DNA of 64,000 bases from the human T2T-CHM13v2.0 reference genome, Homo sapiens. Numbering within the stretch: the first letter of the stretch is position 1; every line of letters begins with the position of its first letter. The notes beneath the pieces are model-generated. The model searched no databases. It was not told the origin of the DNA and saw nothing but the letters and a program-made list of their open reading frames with translations. A program made the position numbers and the translations under genes. The DNA lies in NCBI RefSeq assembly GCF_009914755.1, contig NC_060934.1; one strand, written 5' to 3'. Positions 45,168 to 58,859 of this stretch are shown here, piece after piece.

Positions 45168-46433
45168 TTGTTAACCTTGCATCAAGTCAAATTATTTTTC
45201 TTAAAGCCCTAAAATTGCTAAAAGACTTTGGTTTATGAGTTGCCTATACAATCCTCCGCAAAATTCATGATTTGGAAGGTAGTTTTTAGGTCTTTAGCCG
45301 TAGGCTAAAGTGGTCCATCTTTTTTTATTGCTACATGGATCAGGTTTGGATTTCCCAGACTTTCTGTGACTGCAGAATAGACTGATAGCTGATTTCTTTG
45401 AATGTGTGATTACTTCAGTTCACGTAAGCAATCCACCAAGTGCAGTTACTCGGTACCAAGTGCTGAGTTAGGTGCCAGGAACAGTAATAGTAAGGCATGA
45501 ATTCTAAGAGCTCTGAGTCTGGTGGGGCATACACAACAAACTCACAAATAAATGAGACAGGTACCGCATAAATCCAAAGGATGAGATATTGATCTTCATG
45601 AAAAAAAATGCTGAGCTAATGTAGAGTAAACATAGAATATTTTTAAATACTCTTCTATTTTGAGTGGACTAATGTTTCCATATAACTTTTCTAAAAACAG
45701 AAACACTATTATACAAGTATTGCAATCTCACCGAAATCTTTGACAAAGATGATGAAAAATAAGTAGAGAGAGCTTTTTCCCCAAGAAATTCTTTTATTTT
45801 AGGTTTACTTTTTTTGTTTTAATTGTGATGGAACTGGCAAAGGTCAGGATTAAAGGGTTTTTTTCCCCTTAATTCAAAATACTGTTAAGATGAATTTTTC
45901 TTTTTTGACTTTAATATAACAGTCCTTCCTTTGTTCTGGTTTTCAGCACAGTGAATCAAAAGCACTCATGAATATTGGTAAGTTGAGAAATACAGCTTGA
46001 AACTCTGAAAGATCAGTGAACAAATGTTTGGTAATCAGATCAGCTTTAACATAGGAACTTGAAAATAAGAAATAGGAAGTTTCAGACCTTCTTTCTCTAA
46101 CATTATTTGAATCATCAATTGTTTACATACGATGTTTTGCTTTATCTCTTCAGAACCTTTTAAAGGTTATTTGTAAGTGAACACACACATTTTTCTTAAT
46201 TATGTTCAGGAAATAATAAATAATAATTTATTATTATGAAAGAGAACATATATAAATCTATAAGGAAAACACTAAGCCTTAAATAGGAAAAAACAGATAA
46301 AAATATATAAAGTTTATATACATGCATATGTAAATTACATAAGAAAAACAGAAATGGCTAATGAACACATGGTTAAATGAACCATGTTACATATAATATG
46401 ACATCCTCTGCTCCGGTTAAAACCAAAAAAGGA

Positions 46434-46562
46434 AGTTGGGTATGGTGGCACATCCCTATAGTCCCAGCTACTTGGGAGGCTAAGGCAGAAGGATCACTTG
46501 AGCCCAGGAGTTCAAGTCTAGCCTTGTCTACACAGTAAGACCATATCTCAAGGAGAAAAAAT
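46434..46562 (+). mobile_element. Free Alu monomer (FLAM_A-like)
   Basis: Single arm: tagtcccagctacttgggagg...ggatcacttgagcccaggagttc...agaccatatctc. Confidence 0.8.
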
Positions 46563-46579
46563 AAGGAAAGTTAAAAACC

Positions 46580-47350
46580 ATAAATTTATCCCCAAAATAT
46601 ATAGAATGTAAGTTTTTAAAGCCCAATAAACTATGCATCTATGTATTTACCTATCTGCACACACACATTTAAGTATAGCAAAAGGTCTACAAAGATACAT
46701 TCAACTGATAAAAGTGGGTACTTATAGGGATGGAAAGGGAAAGAGAGAGGAGACAGTCAAAGAGGGCTCTGTATAGTGTTAAAATTTTTGAGATGTATTC
46801 ATCTATCATTTGCATAACTAAAAAGAAGTTAAAATATAGTACTGGGCACATTAAAAATAATGTAACAAATAGACATTGTGGACATTGGCTCAATGTCACC
46901 TATTATTCAAAGGAATGTAAATTGAACCAACGCAATATTTTGTATTAAATTGGCACTTTAAAATATTCAATGCTACTGATAGTAAAATGAGATGAATGCT
47001 TCCCTACACAGGGAACCATTATCCATCAGGAGCCTTAAATATGCCCATGCTGTTTGACACAGTTCCAGTTTGAATCTATCTTAAGGAAATAATTAGAAAT
47101 GAGGATAAAATTTGTATTACTGTTTTCACTACTAAGATGCAAAATTACCCAATCGTTCAACAACAGGGAAGCGATTTACAAAACTGAGATATTCACATAG
47201 TTGAATAGTATGCAGCCATTAAAAATTATATTCATGCAGAAATGCTTCAGATATTAAATGAGGACAGCAGGATGCAAAAATAGTCTTAAAAATATAAAAT
47301 ATATACACATAGAAAAAGAATAGGCAAAATACACCAAATAGGTTAACAAA
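46580..47350 (+). mobile_element. Ancient L1ME 3' relics
   Basis: tatcttaaggaaataattag; gaatagtatgcagccattaaaaat. Confidence 0.5.
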
Positions 47351-47482
47351 ATGATAGCTGTGTTCTCACACCTTTCTTGTTTAGTTTTGTATCCACAGCA
47401 ACTCAAACAGTTTCCAGCTTATGGCATCAGACATGCAGACATTGCTAAGTGAATAACTTTTCCATTAAAAACAATAGCTATT

Positions 47483-47791
<309 letters not shown>

Positions 47792-47894
47792 TTAAAAAGT
47801 GTCTAGTCTTTTTAATTGTACCCTAGCTGTTCATATGAAGCATGCCTATGCACAGAATTTATTCTGAGAAATGCTGCTGCAAGTATTTCCTTAA

Positions 47895-48201
<307 letters not shown>

Positions 48202-48586
48202 AAGCTTAAATTCTTAATGGGCTGATTCACAGATACCACTCTATGACCACAGGATCTAGGTGTTAAGATGGAAACTTGACTCTTCTGAACATCAGCTCTA
48301 GAGTCTGAGATGCTCTCACACCTCTGATTCAGCCACTTTTGGGGGAGAGGGGCCAAGCTTGGCCTTTATGGCTGCTACCCAACCCCACTCAGACATGAAT
48401 GTATTACGTCTCAGTGGGAATTTCCTAGGCAGAGCTTCAAACTAGACAAATGTAGTTAGTATTACTGTATTAGATTTCATTTTTATACATTCTTCTTCTT
48501 TACTATATTGATATCCCTTCTTGCTTCACATCCTTCAGTTCTTCCCCCACACATATCCACTCCTTGTAATCAAAATCCTCATTTCC

Positions 48587-48890
48587 AGCTGGGCACAGTG
48601 CTCATGCCTGTAATCCTAACACTTTGGGAGGCTGAAGTCGAAAGATCTCTTGAGCCCAGGAGTTTGAGACCAGCCTGGGCAACACACCAAGACCCCATCT
48701 CTACCAAAAATCAAAAATTAGTCAAAAATGGTGGTGCACGCGTATAGTCTCAGCTACTCAGGAGAATGAGGTGGGAGGATCCCTTGAACCCAGGAGATCA
48801 AGGCTGCAGTGAGCTGTGATTGTGCCACTGCATAAACAGTCAAGACCCTGTCTCAAAAAAATGAACAAAGAAACAAACAAACAAACAAAA
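48587..48890 (+). mobile_element. AluJ
   Basis: cttgagcccaggagtttgagaccagcctgggcaac; flanking catttcc duplication. Confidence 0.92.
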
Positions 48891-49961
48891 AAAACCCATT
48901 TCCTTTTGAGGAATAAACCTATCAGAAATATTTAGATTTAAAATGATAGAATATATAATTATTGAGATTTTAAATGATTAGAACTACCAGGAATATTTGG
49001 AGTAAAGGGTCAACAAGGCACCTGTTAATAATCATGTTTTTATTGCTGTATTAAACTGCTTAATTACAAAAATAATTCTACATGCTCACAGAAAACATTT
49101 TATGTACAGCACTAAAGCTCTAAGAGGAAAAACTACCTAGAATTTCACTTCTCAAAGATAATCCAAGTGAATATTTTGATTAATGCCCTTCCAGGTCTCT
49201 CCTCCATGTTTACAAAGTTTCCTTATTGAAATCTTAATCTGTTTATTATAGCATGTTTTTCATACATTTTGTCCCATGTCATACTTTTCTTCATACATGA
49301 AAAATATGAAAAACATGCTATAATCATTGTCATCATTAAAAACATGCTATAATCATTGTCAAGATTATGCAATAGTCTATCATATAGGTGAATTATATTT
49401 ATTCAATCCCCTTTTGGACATCATCTGGGTTGCTTCCAATGTTCAGCATTTAGGCATCCTCAGAGTGAAATCTCTGAATACATCACTAATCATTTCCTTA
49501 GAAGTTACTCTTAGAAGTAGAGTAACAGAGAGACAAAGGGTTGACACATTGCTTCTTGTTTGGTCCCCAGGCCTTCCAGGGAAAACAGCCCACTGAGTCA
49601 TCTTAGCATTTGCATTTCTCTCAAGCTCCTTTGGCTGAATTTTCCCAGTCTGCATCTCTAACATGTCTAACTGAATGACTGATACATATCAATGCATATC
49701 CCAGGACCCTCTACTGATCTTGTTTGATCCTTAGTTCAAACCTTTGTTTTTTCCACACAGTAGCTTTCTGATCAACGGACAAAGTAACCTTTTCTCCAGA
49801 AAGTTTGGAGTATGGAGCCTGTACCTCCAAATCTCAAACCCTCCTACTGCTAAGACTACTCACCTGGGATGGTGTCAGAGATAAAATGTTGGGGTACTCA
49901 GCCCTCTACCCCATTTCATGATGCTAACACTTAATTTACTTAGCATCATCCTGTTTCTTTT

Positions 49962-50191
49962 CTTTTTTTTCTTTATATATATATATAGATATATATATAT
50001 TTTATTATACTTTAAGTTCTAGGGTACATGTGCACAACGTGCAGGTTTGTTACATATGTATACATGTGCCATGTTGGTGTGCTGCACCCATTAACTCGTC
50101 ATTTACATTAGGTATATCTCTTAATGGTATCCCTCCCCGCCACCCCCTGCCCGCCCCCATTCCACAACAGGCCCCGGTGTGTGATGTTCCC
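49962..50191 (-). mobile_element. Short L1PA4/5-type 3' end with (TA)n-converted tail
   Basis: ttattatactttaagttctagggtacatgtgcacaacgtgcagg; TSD catcctgtttctttt at 49947-49961 and 50192-50206. Confidence 0.95.
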
Positions 50192-50524
50192 CATCCTGTT
50201 TCTTTTTGTGAAACCAAGGTTTCAGTGGGACTACATGCTGGTAGTTTTTGAAATAGGAATGTTGCCTGAGTGGAACAGTAGCTGCTTAGGATTATTCCCT
50301 AGGTCATAGAGCTTGTCTACATTGTACCGTCAGGAAGAATGAGGTTACAAAGCAGAATTCAAGAAGAGTGACACCTTCACTGTGAGAGCACAAAAGCCAT
50401 CCAAGAAGATGGCTTCAACCATTTGCTTATTTACCCTACAAGTAACTAAGCTCAAACTGCATCTATTAAGCCATATGAATCCCATTACATATTAAATGTT
50501 TGGTCAGTTCTCAAGAAGGCACTG

Positions 50525-50637
50525 CTACTCAGGAGGCTGGGGCAGGAGGCTTGCTTGAGCCCAGCTATTCAAAGTTACAGTGAGCTATGATTATGCCACG
50601 GCACTCCAGCCTGGGCAACAGAGTGAGATCCTGCTCT
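50525..50637 (+). mobile_element. Alu right-arm monomer fragment (FAM/FRAM-like)
   Basis: gctactcaggaggct...cagtgagctatgatt...cactccagcctgggcaacagagtgaga. Confidence 0.8.
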
Positions 50638-50714
50638 GGAAATACAGAGATTAAACAAATAATAATAAGGTGCTGGATAAGATGCAGATAAAACCAAAGA
50701 GCTTATCAGGGGTG

Positions 50715-51012
50715 GGTGGGTGGGCTCACACCTGTAATCCCAGCACTTTGGGAGGCCGAGGCAGGCAGATCATGAGCTCAGGAGATCGAGACCATCATGG
50801 CTAACATGGTGAAACCCCGTCTCTACTAAAAATACAAAAAAATTAGCCGGGCGTGGTGGTGGGTGCCTGTAGTCCCAGCTACTCAGGAGGCTGAGGCAGG
50901 ACAATGGCATGAACCCGGGAGGCGGAGCTTGCAGTGAGCCAAGATCATGCCACTGTACTACAGCCTGGGCTACTGAGTGAGACTCCATCTCAAAAAAAAA
51001 AAAAAAAAAAGA
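50715..51012 (+). mobile_element. AluY
   Basis: ggagatcgagaccatc, ggctaac, aatggcatgaacccgggaggcggagcttgcag; TSD agcttatcaggggtg at 50700-50714 and 51016-51030. Confidence 0.95.
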
Positions 51013-51015
51013 GAT

Positions 51016-51233
51016 AGCTTATCAGGGGTGCCTTCAGCATTCTGGACAGGACAATCCTTCATTAAGTGGGACCCTCCCACTCCCAACTACTGAAAGGTAT
51101 TTAGCATCCCACACCCTCAGGACATTAAATCCTGATATACACACCCCTCATCATCATGACCACTGAAAATGTTCCCACACATTTCAAAACACCAGAGGAG
51201 AGGGATGACACCATTCCCCACTGACAACTTCTG
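51016..51233 (-). mobile_element. hAT-Charlie relic (MER20B/MER117-like), end hit by the AluY
   Basis: tttagcatccc...aaaatgttcccacacatttcaaaa, reverse-similar to 2905-3060. Confidence 0.5.
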
Positions 51234-52059
51234 TGTCTACTTAGTGGGATGGAATTCACATTCAGGAAATGACAGAAAACAATACTGATCTGGAGGTGGA
51301 ACTGTGAGATAAAAGCTGTAAGTATCATTAAGTGGTCAAAGGCGATCCAAAAGAGTAGAGCAAGTTTTGATAAGAACAGGAGATGGAGACTTGTAACCTT
51401 CCCCAGAATCCAGTCCAGGGTTAAAGTCTGCCATGAAATGCCTTCTCATCAACACCCTGGATTTCCCCTACTTAAGCTGATTACATGAACTAATACAAGG
51501 AAACCACCGAACTCGGTGAGCAGCACATCCTACACACTTGGCAATGCCAACTTTTAAAACACAGGTATTGTTCCTGTCCTCCTGCTCAGGGCAAGCGTTC
51601 TTGCCATGTGGGCATCCAGGGAGGGAAGAACAGTGACAGCCCTGGTGAGCATGAAGGGCACTGCTGGCCTTCCCCTGCCGGGCTTCTCCAGAGGACTCAA
51701 CCATAGGCCCCACCCATTCACTGCTGGACTGAGGAGATCTGACCCCTGTCTAGTTCCTTCCCGCCTGTGTCAGCTGTGGTCAAAGGGCCATTGTTCCCGG
51801 AAGGCCAGTGTGTTTTAGCCATCTAGGAACAATGCCCCTTGTTGATCCTCTGTGCTCCAGTTGAATAAGGTCATAGACTGTTTTCAACCTTAGTCACAAT
51901 CAATATCATCACCTTTTATTGTATAGTGTTGGCATTGATATGTTTTCTGATAACATCTATATGCTCAGGTGAGACTGAAAAGGTCGGTGAATGAGCCATC
52001 TTTTATGGATCCTGTTCGAAATTTATTAATGACACAGTATACACTAAGTATTATATGGG

Positions 52060-52235
52060 ACCTGATTCTCAAACTTATGGAGCTTATTTAAAGTACAAAG
52101 TGATCACTTTAAAATGCAGTTTTCTGGGCCTCTCAAATTCTGATTCAGTAAGTTGTGGGGGCATGAACCTGCAAATTAACCATCCCCACATGTTTCTGAT
52201 ACAGGTGATCCATGGGTATGCTTTGTGAAACACTG
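52060..52235. mobile_element. MER5A-like hAT relic
   Basis: ttctcaaactt...aaattctgattcagtaa...ctttgtgaaacactg. Confidence 0.7.
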
Positions 52236-52964
52236 CCACAGAATGATAGTAAACTGAATTTAAAATGAGCATCTTCTTCTTGATGTTTTATATTCTATCT
52301 CCTTGAAATGGATCTTTCACTAGCAAAATAAACATTAAGTAAAAGTCCAATGGAAACAAGAAATCAACTTAATTATGAAAGAAAATTAGAGTCCCTGCTG
52401 TAAGGCTCATATATAGACATGATAAGCCTATGCAACTGAAAGTTTAATTTATGTGTATATAAAATTTACATTTTAGTCTGCATAAGAGAGTGGCTAAACA
52501 GAAAATGATTATTTATGTCAAAGCATACTGAATGTAATTATACAACCTTATATTTGAATATGCTCTACTAATTTTTCAGTATTTCTTACTTAATCTTCAT
52601 GAAAGAATTATCTTATCTTACAATCTGATGACCTGTATTAGACTGGCATGAAAATTAAGGCATGAAAAGTTTATGCAACATGTTTAAAGGTCAATACAAG
52701 GACCTAAACATCCAGAAGGTGATGACATTTTCTGCTAGATTAGAAATGTCAAATAGGTTTCATGCCACATGCCAATTCACACAGACCAGTAGAGTACTAA
52801 GAAAGCCAGCCCAGGGGAAGGATGTGGTGATAAATTAGTAATAAATAGACTGGCTCGTCTGGCAGGTAAAAAAAAATGGTGGCATCTGTGCCACACCTCA
52901 TGCTAGATATGCCAACTCTCAGAGTATTTAGCAGCACTTAAAATACTCACAATTACCACTACTC

Positions 52965-53680
52965 TCATTCTTTCACTCAACAAATATGAATAAGCATCCA
53001 CTATATGCCAGCCACTAGACATATACCAACAGACTGCTATCAAGGGGGTCAATGTCATGCAATAAGGTGGTTTCTAACCTAAGGCTTTCTCTGACAAAAT
53101 GAGATTTAAGGGGGAACTAAAGAAATAATTAAAGTCAACAATTTGAAAAAAGAGAGAGGAAAGTGGAAGTGAATGCTATCTCAGAGAAACCAAAACTAAG
53201 CCACCATGACTGGATTGAAGAGGGGGAACACGGAGGGCTGGGGATTAGTGGGCAACTGCCAGGTCATGCGAGTCACTAAGGTTATGAAATTATGATTTCA
53301 ACTTAAGATCATGGGAAGTCATGGAAAAGTTGAGTCCTGCAGGTTTGTTTGTTTTTTGTTTTGGCTTTTAGGGGAAGGAGGTGAATTACCAGATTTCCAT
53401 TTCATAAAGAGGGTGGAAAAGAGTCACAGTGAGTATGAATAGCAACTGCAGTCACCCAGGTGACTGGACCAGGAGGGTGGATTTGAGATACTTTTTGGAG
53501 GCAGAATCAACAGAAACTTGGTTTGGGAAAGAATACAGGGGATGACAGCATGGAAGACCAAGATTCAGCTCTGATTGAAGTGCTTCAGATACATTCAATT
53601 AGAAACTCCACAAGGCAACAGGACCAACCAGCGTTGGAGACCTTGGGAAAGGACTTTTGAAAATGTGGGGGTTTCAGGCA
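52965..53680 (-). mobile_element. L2 relic
   Basis: cattctttcactcaacaaatat...ctatatgccag; ggatttgagatactttttggaggcagaatcaacag. Confidence 0.6.
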
Positions 53681-55162
53681 CAGAAAAAGGTAAGATCCAA
53701 ACAAAACACTAATTCTTTATCTTCTATTTTCCGATTCTAGTTAAGTTTTATAATACTTATGCTGTTATACTCATGAAGACTTAATCCAGTAGAGATGTTA
53801 CCATGTAAGTCTCTGGTTTTCTAAATTATAGCACTTACTGCAACTTTTTACCTCTCAAAGCAACTTAATTCAAGCAACCATAAAACTCCTATTGAAAATG
53901 TTTCTTAAGGAGTACTGTACATTACTGCCTTGTATGGTATACCAACATAATTTCATCTTTCATTGACTATCTAATACATCATGTGACTCAACATCTGTAT
54001 GAGGGGCATTAATTTTACCATCCAGGCTCTGTCTTCATGATGACTCGAGCTCTTCCCTGAAGGCCCCCTTCCTGTGTGAATGGCAAACACCTAGCTCAGC
54101 TTGCCAGGTCATCTTGCCATACTCAAAGCCCACAGAGAGTGGTTGTTAAGCTGCCCCACTTGGAGACAAGACCAGGGATGGGGCCAAGATCCTCAAAAAT
54201 GGAATAAAAATGCTGGCCCCTGGCTGAGCCACCCACTCTGGGAGATGTTTGGGAAGGAAAAGGGGTTGTTTTGAGTTTAATCAAGAGAACCAGGGTGGAG
54301 CCTCCAGAAGTTACAATTAGCACCAAATTGCAGGGTTCATACACTTTTAAAAAAAGGATTTTTATTCCTGGAGCCAAAGTTTTCTTTTCTGTTAAAATAC
54401 AACCTCCTAGGAAGAAGGCACTAAAACCTCTACCAGTTACTTCCACTTCGAGGAGCATGTTTGATTTTTTTCCTGCCAACAAGTTTTAATGGAATAGATG
54501 AGTATGCTGGTGTCTAGAAGGGGAAGAGGCTGCATGTCCCACTCTTTTGCCTAAAATCACCGTGGCAGGAACCATTATCTTTTCTTAAAATCCTCCACCA
54601 AAGCCACCACCACTAGCATCAGATTCTCATGACACACAGCTTTGAAGCTACAGCAACCAAATTAGACCTTCTCATGGGGGAAAAGAAACTGAACACAGTC
54701 ACACTCTGTGACTCCCACTTTTCGTTCTTCAAAGACTTCTACGGCATAAAATACATGGAAACAAAATTTTCCAGGTTCTATGTCTCAAAAAATGGCCGGA
54801 AGCATGTTTATTATTCTCCTTAAGATTATTTTTAAAAATTCAAAAAAGATCTTACACACATATGTGTTTACAGTGATTTAAAAAAAATCACTGTTTTGAA
54901 GTGTTGCCACTCATATTATTCTTAGACATTTGTTTAAGAACAGATTATGAGATACTTGAAAGATTGAGACAAAGAAGAAACACTAAAATTTCTATGATGT
55001 CACCAACCTGGGCTTAGAGCAGAAAATATGTATATTTGCTCTTAAAAAAAAGTGGTTAAGAGAGAATTTATGAATAACATAAGTCCAAATAAAATGGTTA
55101 AAAAGCAAAAAGCAAACTACCATAAAGAAAAGTGTATAGGAAAACAGAGAAAACAGAGAAGG

Positions 55163-55296
55163 TATACACACACACACATGCACACACACACACATATACA
55201 GAAATGCACTTATAGAGAGAGGGGAGAGAGATATATATAACCTATAAATATTATATATATTATATTATATATAACAATGATATATATTAAATATTA
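55163..55296 (+). repeat. Compound (CA)n/(GA)n/(TA)n low-complexity tract
   Basis: Visible directly in the sequence. Confidence 0.85.
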
Positions 55297-56659
55297 TTCA
55301 AAAAGTCTCAATTATTGTTTAATTTTTTCATTTGTTTTTCAGCAACCATTCCTGCAGGGTTTTTTTGGTTATTGTAATGTAATGCCAAGTGCAAAAAAAA
55401 AAAAAAAAGAAAGAAAAAGGAAGTCTTCTCAGTTTGTTTTGTTTTTAAAACACAAGTTACCTGCTTCTCAGACCAACAGGATGCCATCACTGTTTAGACT
55501 TGGACCTGCTTCCTTCAAACACACACAGTGTCTATATGATAGCTCTTGGGACAATTTTAACAAGGGACATTAGGCATCCACATCTGATCTTCCACAATCC
55601 AGACAGTACAGGGAAATAAAGTTAGCACCCAAACTGTCTTGGAGACCAAGTGTTGACTTTGTGCAGAGCAATGAACATGTCAAGGCAAACTTAGAATTTC
55701 CATTACAATATGCTCAGCTGGAAAAAAAAATGAGTATGTGGCAAGGCTGGCAACTTGACTTACAAATGACTATAAAATATGTGGCTGCTTTTCTAATCAC
55801 TTGGAATTATGGAAAGGAAAGAGGACAGCAGAGACATAAGGCAGGGCACTTTAACACATCCACACAGGAGGCCCAAGAGCTGGCCCTCAATCAAGTTATT
55901 TCAAAAAGCCAAGGTGAGTAGATATACACATTACATAGTTAACATTACATATATCAAGTTGTAAAAAATTAGTAATCATTAGAACAAGAGCGTAGGCTAA
56001 GAAACAAATATGTGGTAGAGGTAAAAAAATCATACTGATTGTCAGGAAAAGAAGTTTCTGTAGGAACTGGGGCCTGCAGGCCAAGGGAACCCTGAAACAA
56101 AGTGTGGCTGATGTTCCACTTATAGAGGAGACAGGAGGAATAATGGGGTTTTGAGGTCAAAATAATCAGATTGGGAGCAGTTGCTTCTGCAGGAAGTAGA
56201 CAGGAACTTCCTTACGAATCCCAAAAGCCAAAGACCCAAACTAATAATCTTCTTGTTAAAACTAAAAACTCAGCTTAATTTGGCCCAATGACCATTCTTG
56301 TGAATAAACTTTCTAGGTAAGTTTTTAAACCAAAAGATTTTTTTTTACTTGGTTCCAAATGTCTTCTATGTTTAGAAAAATTTTTTAAAGAAAAGAAAAA
56401 ATTCAAAGCCACATTCACTCAGGGGACAGAAAATTGGTCACTACAGGAGCCATACGAAGAACGTAGTGCTACAGCCCCAGAAGGCATTCCTCCAAGAGCC
56501 ATCCCCAAAATGTCCGGCATGGGCAGCACTACCAAAATCAAAGCTTATTTTCCAAGTCAGAACATTCTGAGGAAGAAAAACTCCCTTGGATGTGTAGGTT
56601 CTGATACATTTATTTCTTAAACATTTATTTCTCACACATGCTGACATAGCTTATAGGAA

Positions 56660-56900
56660 GGTAATGACAACAATAAAAACCATATCAGGTGACAGCTACT
56701 GAATGCCAGGAACTGTCTGAAGTGCTTCATGAATTAACTCACTTAATCCTCCCAACAACTCTGAGGTAGTTATGTCCCCATTTCACAGATGAGGAAACTG
56801 AAGCCCAGAAAGGTAAAGTAAGGTGACTAAGTCACACAGGGAGACACGGAGGATATGAACCTCTTACAGACACCATGACAAATACAGGAATCCAGAGCTC
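56660..56900 (-). mobile_element. MIR
   Basis: ccccatttcacagatgaggaaactgaagcccaga core. Confidence 0.85.
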
Positions 56901-57856
56901 TAAACAAGGCATTCCTGCATGTATATATTTAATGCTACATTAACCAGGACATTATCTTGCTTCGGTGAAGGCAAACAAGTTTAAGAGCCTTCTTTACTTC
57001 ATTTGCATATGCCTCTCTCTCACTCAGATTTTCAGCTGCAACTGAGAGTTTTTTTGATCACATTCTACTTTTTCCTTAATAAATTAAAATCAAAAGCTTT
57101 TATTGAAAAGGTAAGACAATGTATCAGATCTGACTAACTGCAAATTCCAGAAGAAGTAAAACTGAAGTAGGTTCTTTGTACAATAAACTAAAATGCAACC
57201 TTGCAGTTTTACAGGGTGAAATATTTTGAAGATATGAGATAAACAAGGAAAAACAGAAAGTACAGTATAAACAGGAGCCAGGTGGATGCTAGGAAGTTCC
57301 TGAAGCACACAGCATTGGTCTCAGAAACTCGGTCCCAACATGCCATGAAGCCCAGAGGTGGGACATGCTACAACTACCCCTTTTCATTTGCCCCAAGAAG
57401 AAACGTGTGCCGCGTATTTCCATTTATGTGTTCCAACTATTGATACTACCTCCATCTTTATTTGTGGTTGGTAAATAATTTGGTTAAATTATTCATAGCT
57501 TCTTTATGAAGGAGCACAAGGGAAGTGAAATGAACACAGCATTGGTGGCCACTGTTGCTCTGAGGTGAAAATGGTAGCACGTGTACAATAAAAGCAAGAA
57601 ATGAGGACACAGTAGCTTTGAGGATGACAAGGCAGCTATTTCCCGGAAGCACACAGAGAACATCAGTAACCTACTTCAAAGGGGGAAGCTTTATAATATG
57701 AATGGGAATGGCAGGGCCCCTCTGCCCCAGTGCCTTAAGGTTCCTAGTGTCACAGAAGCATAGAACAAGTGACCATCCTTTAAAAATGTCTTCTCCTTTC
57801 AGGTTTCTAGAGGCAGTGAATTTAAAAAGAAGTATTTGTGTGTCCCCTGTGCTGGG

Positions 57857-58665
57857 TGAGGTGTCAGAGCCAAGGCATTGGAAAGTAGTCGACTCATGGG
57901 TTGGTAAGAAGAAGTTCCCAACAACAGTACAGGTCTGAAAAGGAAAGGGTTTTGTTGTTGTTGCTGTTTGTTTTGTTTTGTTTGTTTTTGAGACAGAGTC
58001 TCGCTCTGTCACCCAGGCTAGAGTGCAGTGGTGTGATCTCGGCTCACTGCAACCTCCACCCCTGGGTTCAAGCGATTCTCCTGCCTCAGCCTCCTGAGTA
58101 GCTGGGATTACAGGAACCCACCACCTCGCCTGGCTAATTTTTGTAGTTTTTTAGTCGAGACAGGGTTTCACCATGTTGGCCAGGTTGGTCTCAAACTCCT
58201 GACCTCAGGTGATCTGCCCACCTTAGCCTCCAAAATGCTGGGATTACAGACGTGAGCCATGATGCCCAGCCAGGTAAGTTTTATTAGAAAGAAAGAATGC
58301 GGTAGAAGAGTACAGCAGAGTGACTCGGCAAGAGAGGACTGTTCATGGTGGATTTTTCTCTTGGGGTATTTATGGAGCTTAAAGCAGAGCTTAAGGGTAA
58401 TTTAGACCATATCAGCCTCATAGGTCATAATAAATGATTATATTCATAGACATTCTGTGCAAAGGTTGCACAGTGAGTTTTGACATGCATGCATTCTGGA
58501 GATATACAAAAACTCTAGTTACTTATACATTTTGGGGAAAGAAGCCTGGAACCACAGGCCAGCTTTAGATAACAGGGAAGTCTAAATACTTCTAAATTCC
58601 TCAGATAAGGAGTTCTGCCTCGGATAGACTGCTTGATGGCCACCAGGTGACCTCTGCTCTCCTCA
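57857..58665 (-). mobile_element. Solo ERV1 LTR (MER67-like) split by an Alu
   Basis: Minus-strand start tgaggagagcagaggtcacctggtggccatcaagcag...aactccttatctgaggaatttagaag and end ...gacacctca. Confidence 0.7.
57950..58271 (-). mobile_element. AluSx
   Basis: ctcctgacctcaggtgatctgccc; GTT/GTTTT-type tail. Confidence 0.95.
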
Positions 58666-58859
58666 CTCCTGCTTGGTGATTTGGTGATTCTGTTGGTTGG
58701 ACAATGTGGGAGGAGTGCAATCTTTCTCCTGGTTCTGCTTTAGAAAGTTTTCCTGCTAAATAATAGCACCCTGTAGCAACAAACACAAGGCTCAGCCACT
58801 GCAGTAAAACCACAAGATGGAGTTTTTAAAAGAGGATTGTAACAAAAGACCCTGCTTAG

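Noticed and set aside
51538-51550. ttggcaatgccaa palindrome as an NFI site
   Set aside because: The spacer is 3 nt, whereas canonical NFI is TTGGC-N5-GCCAA.
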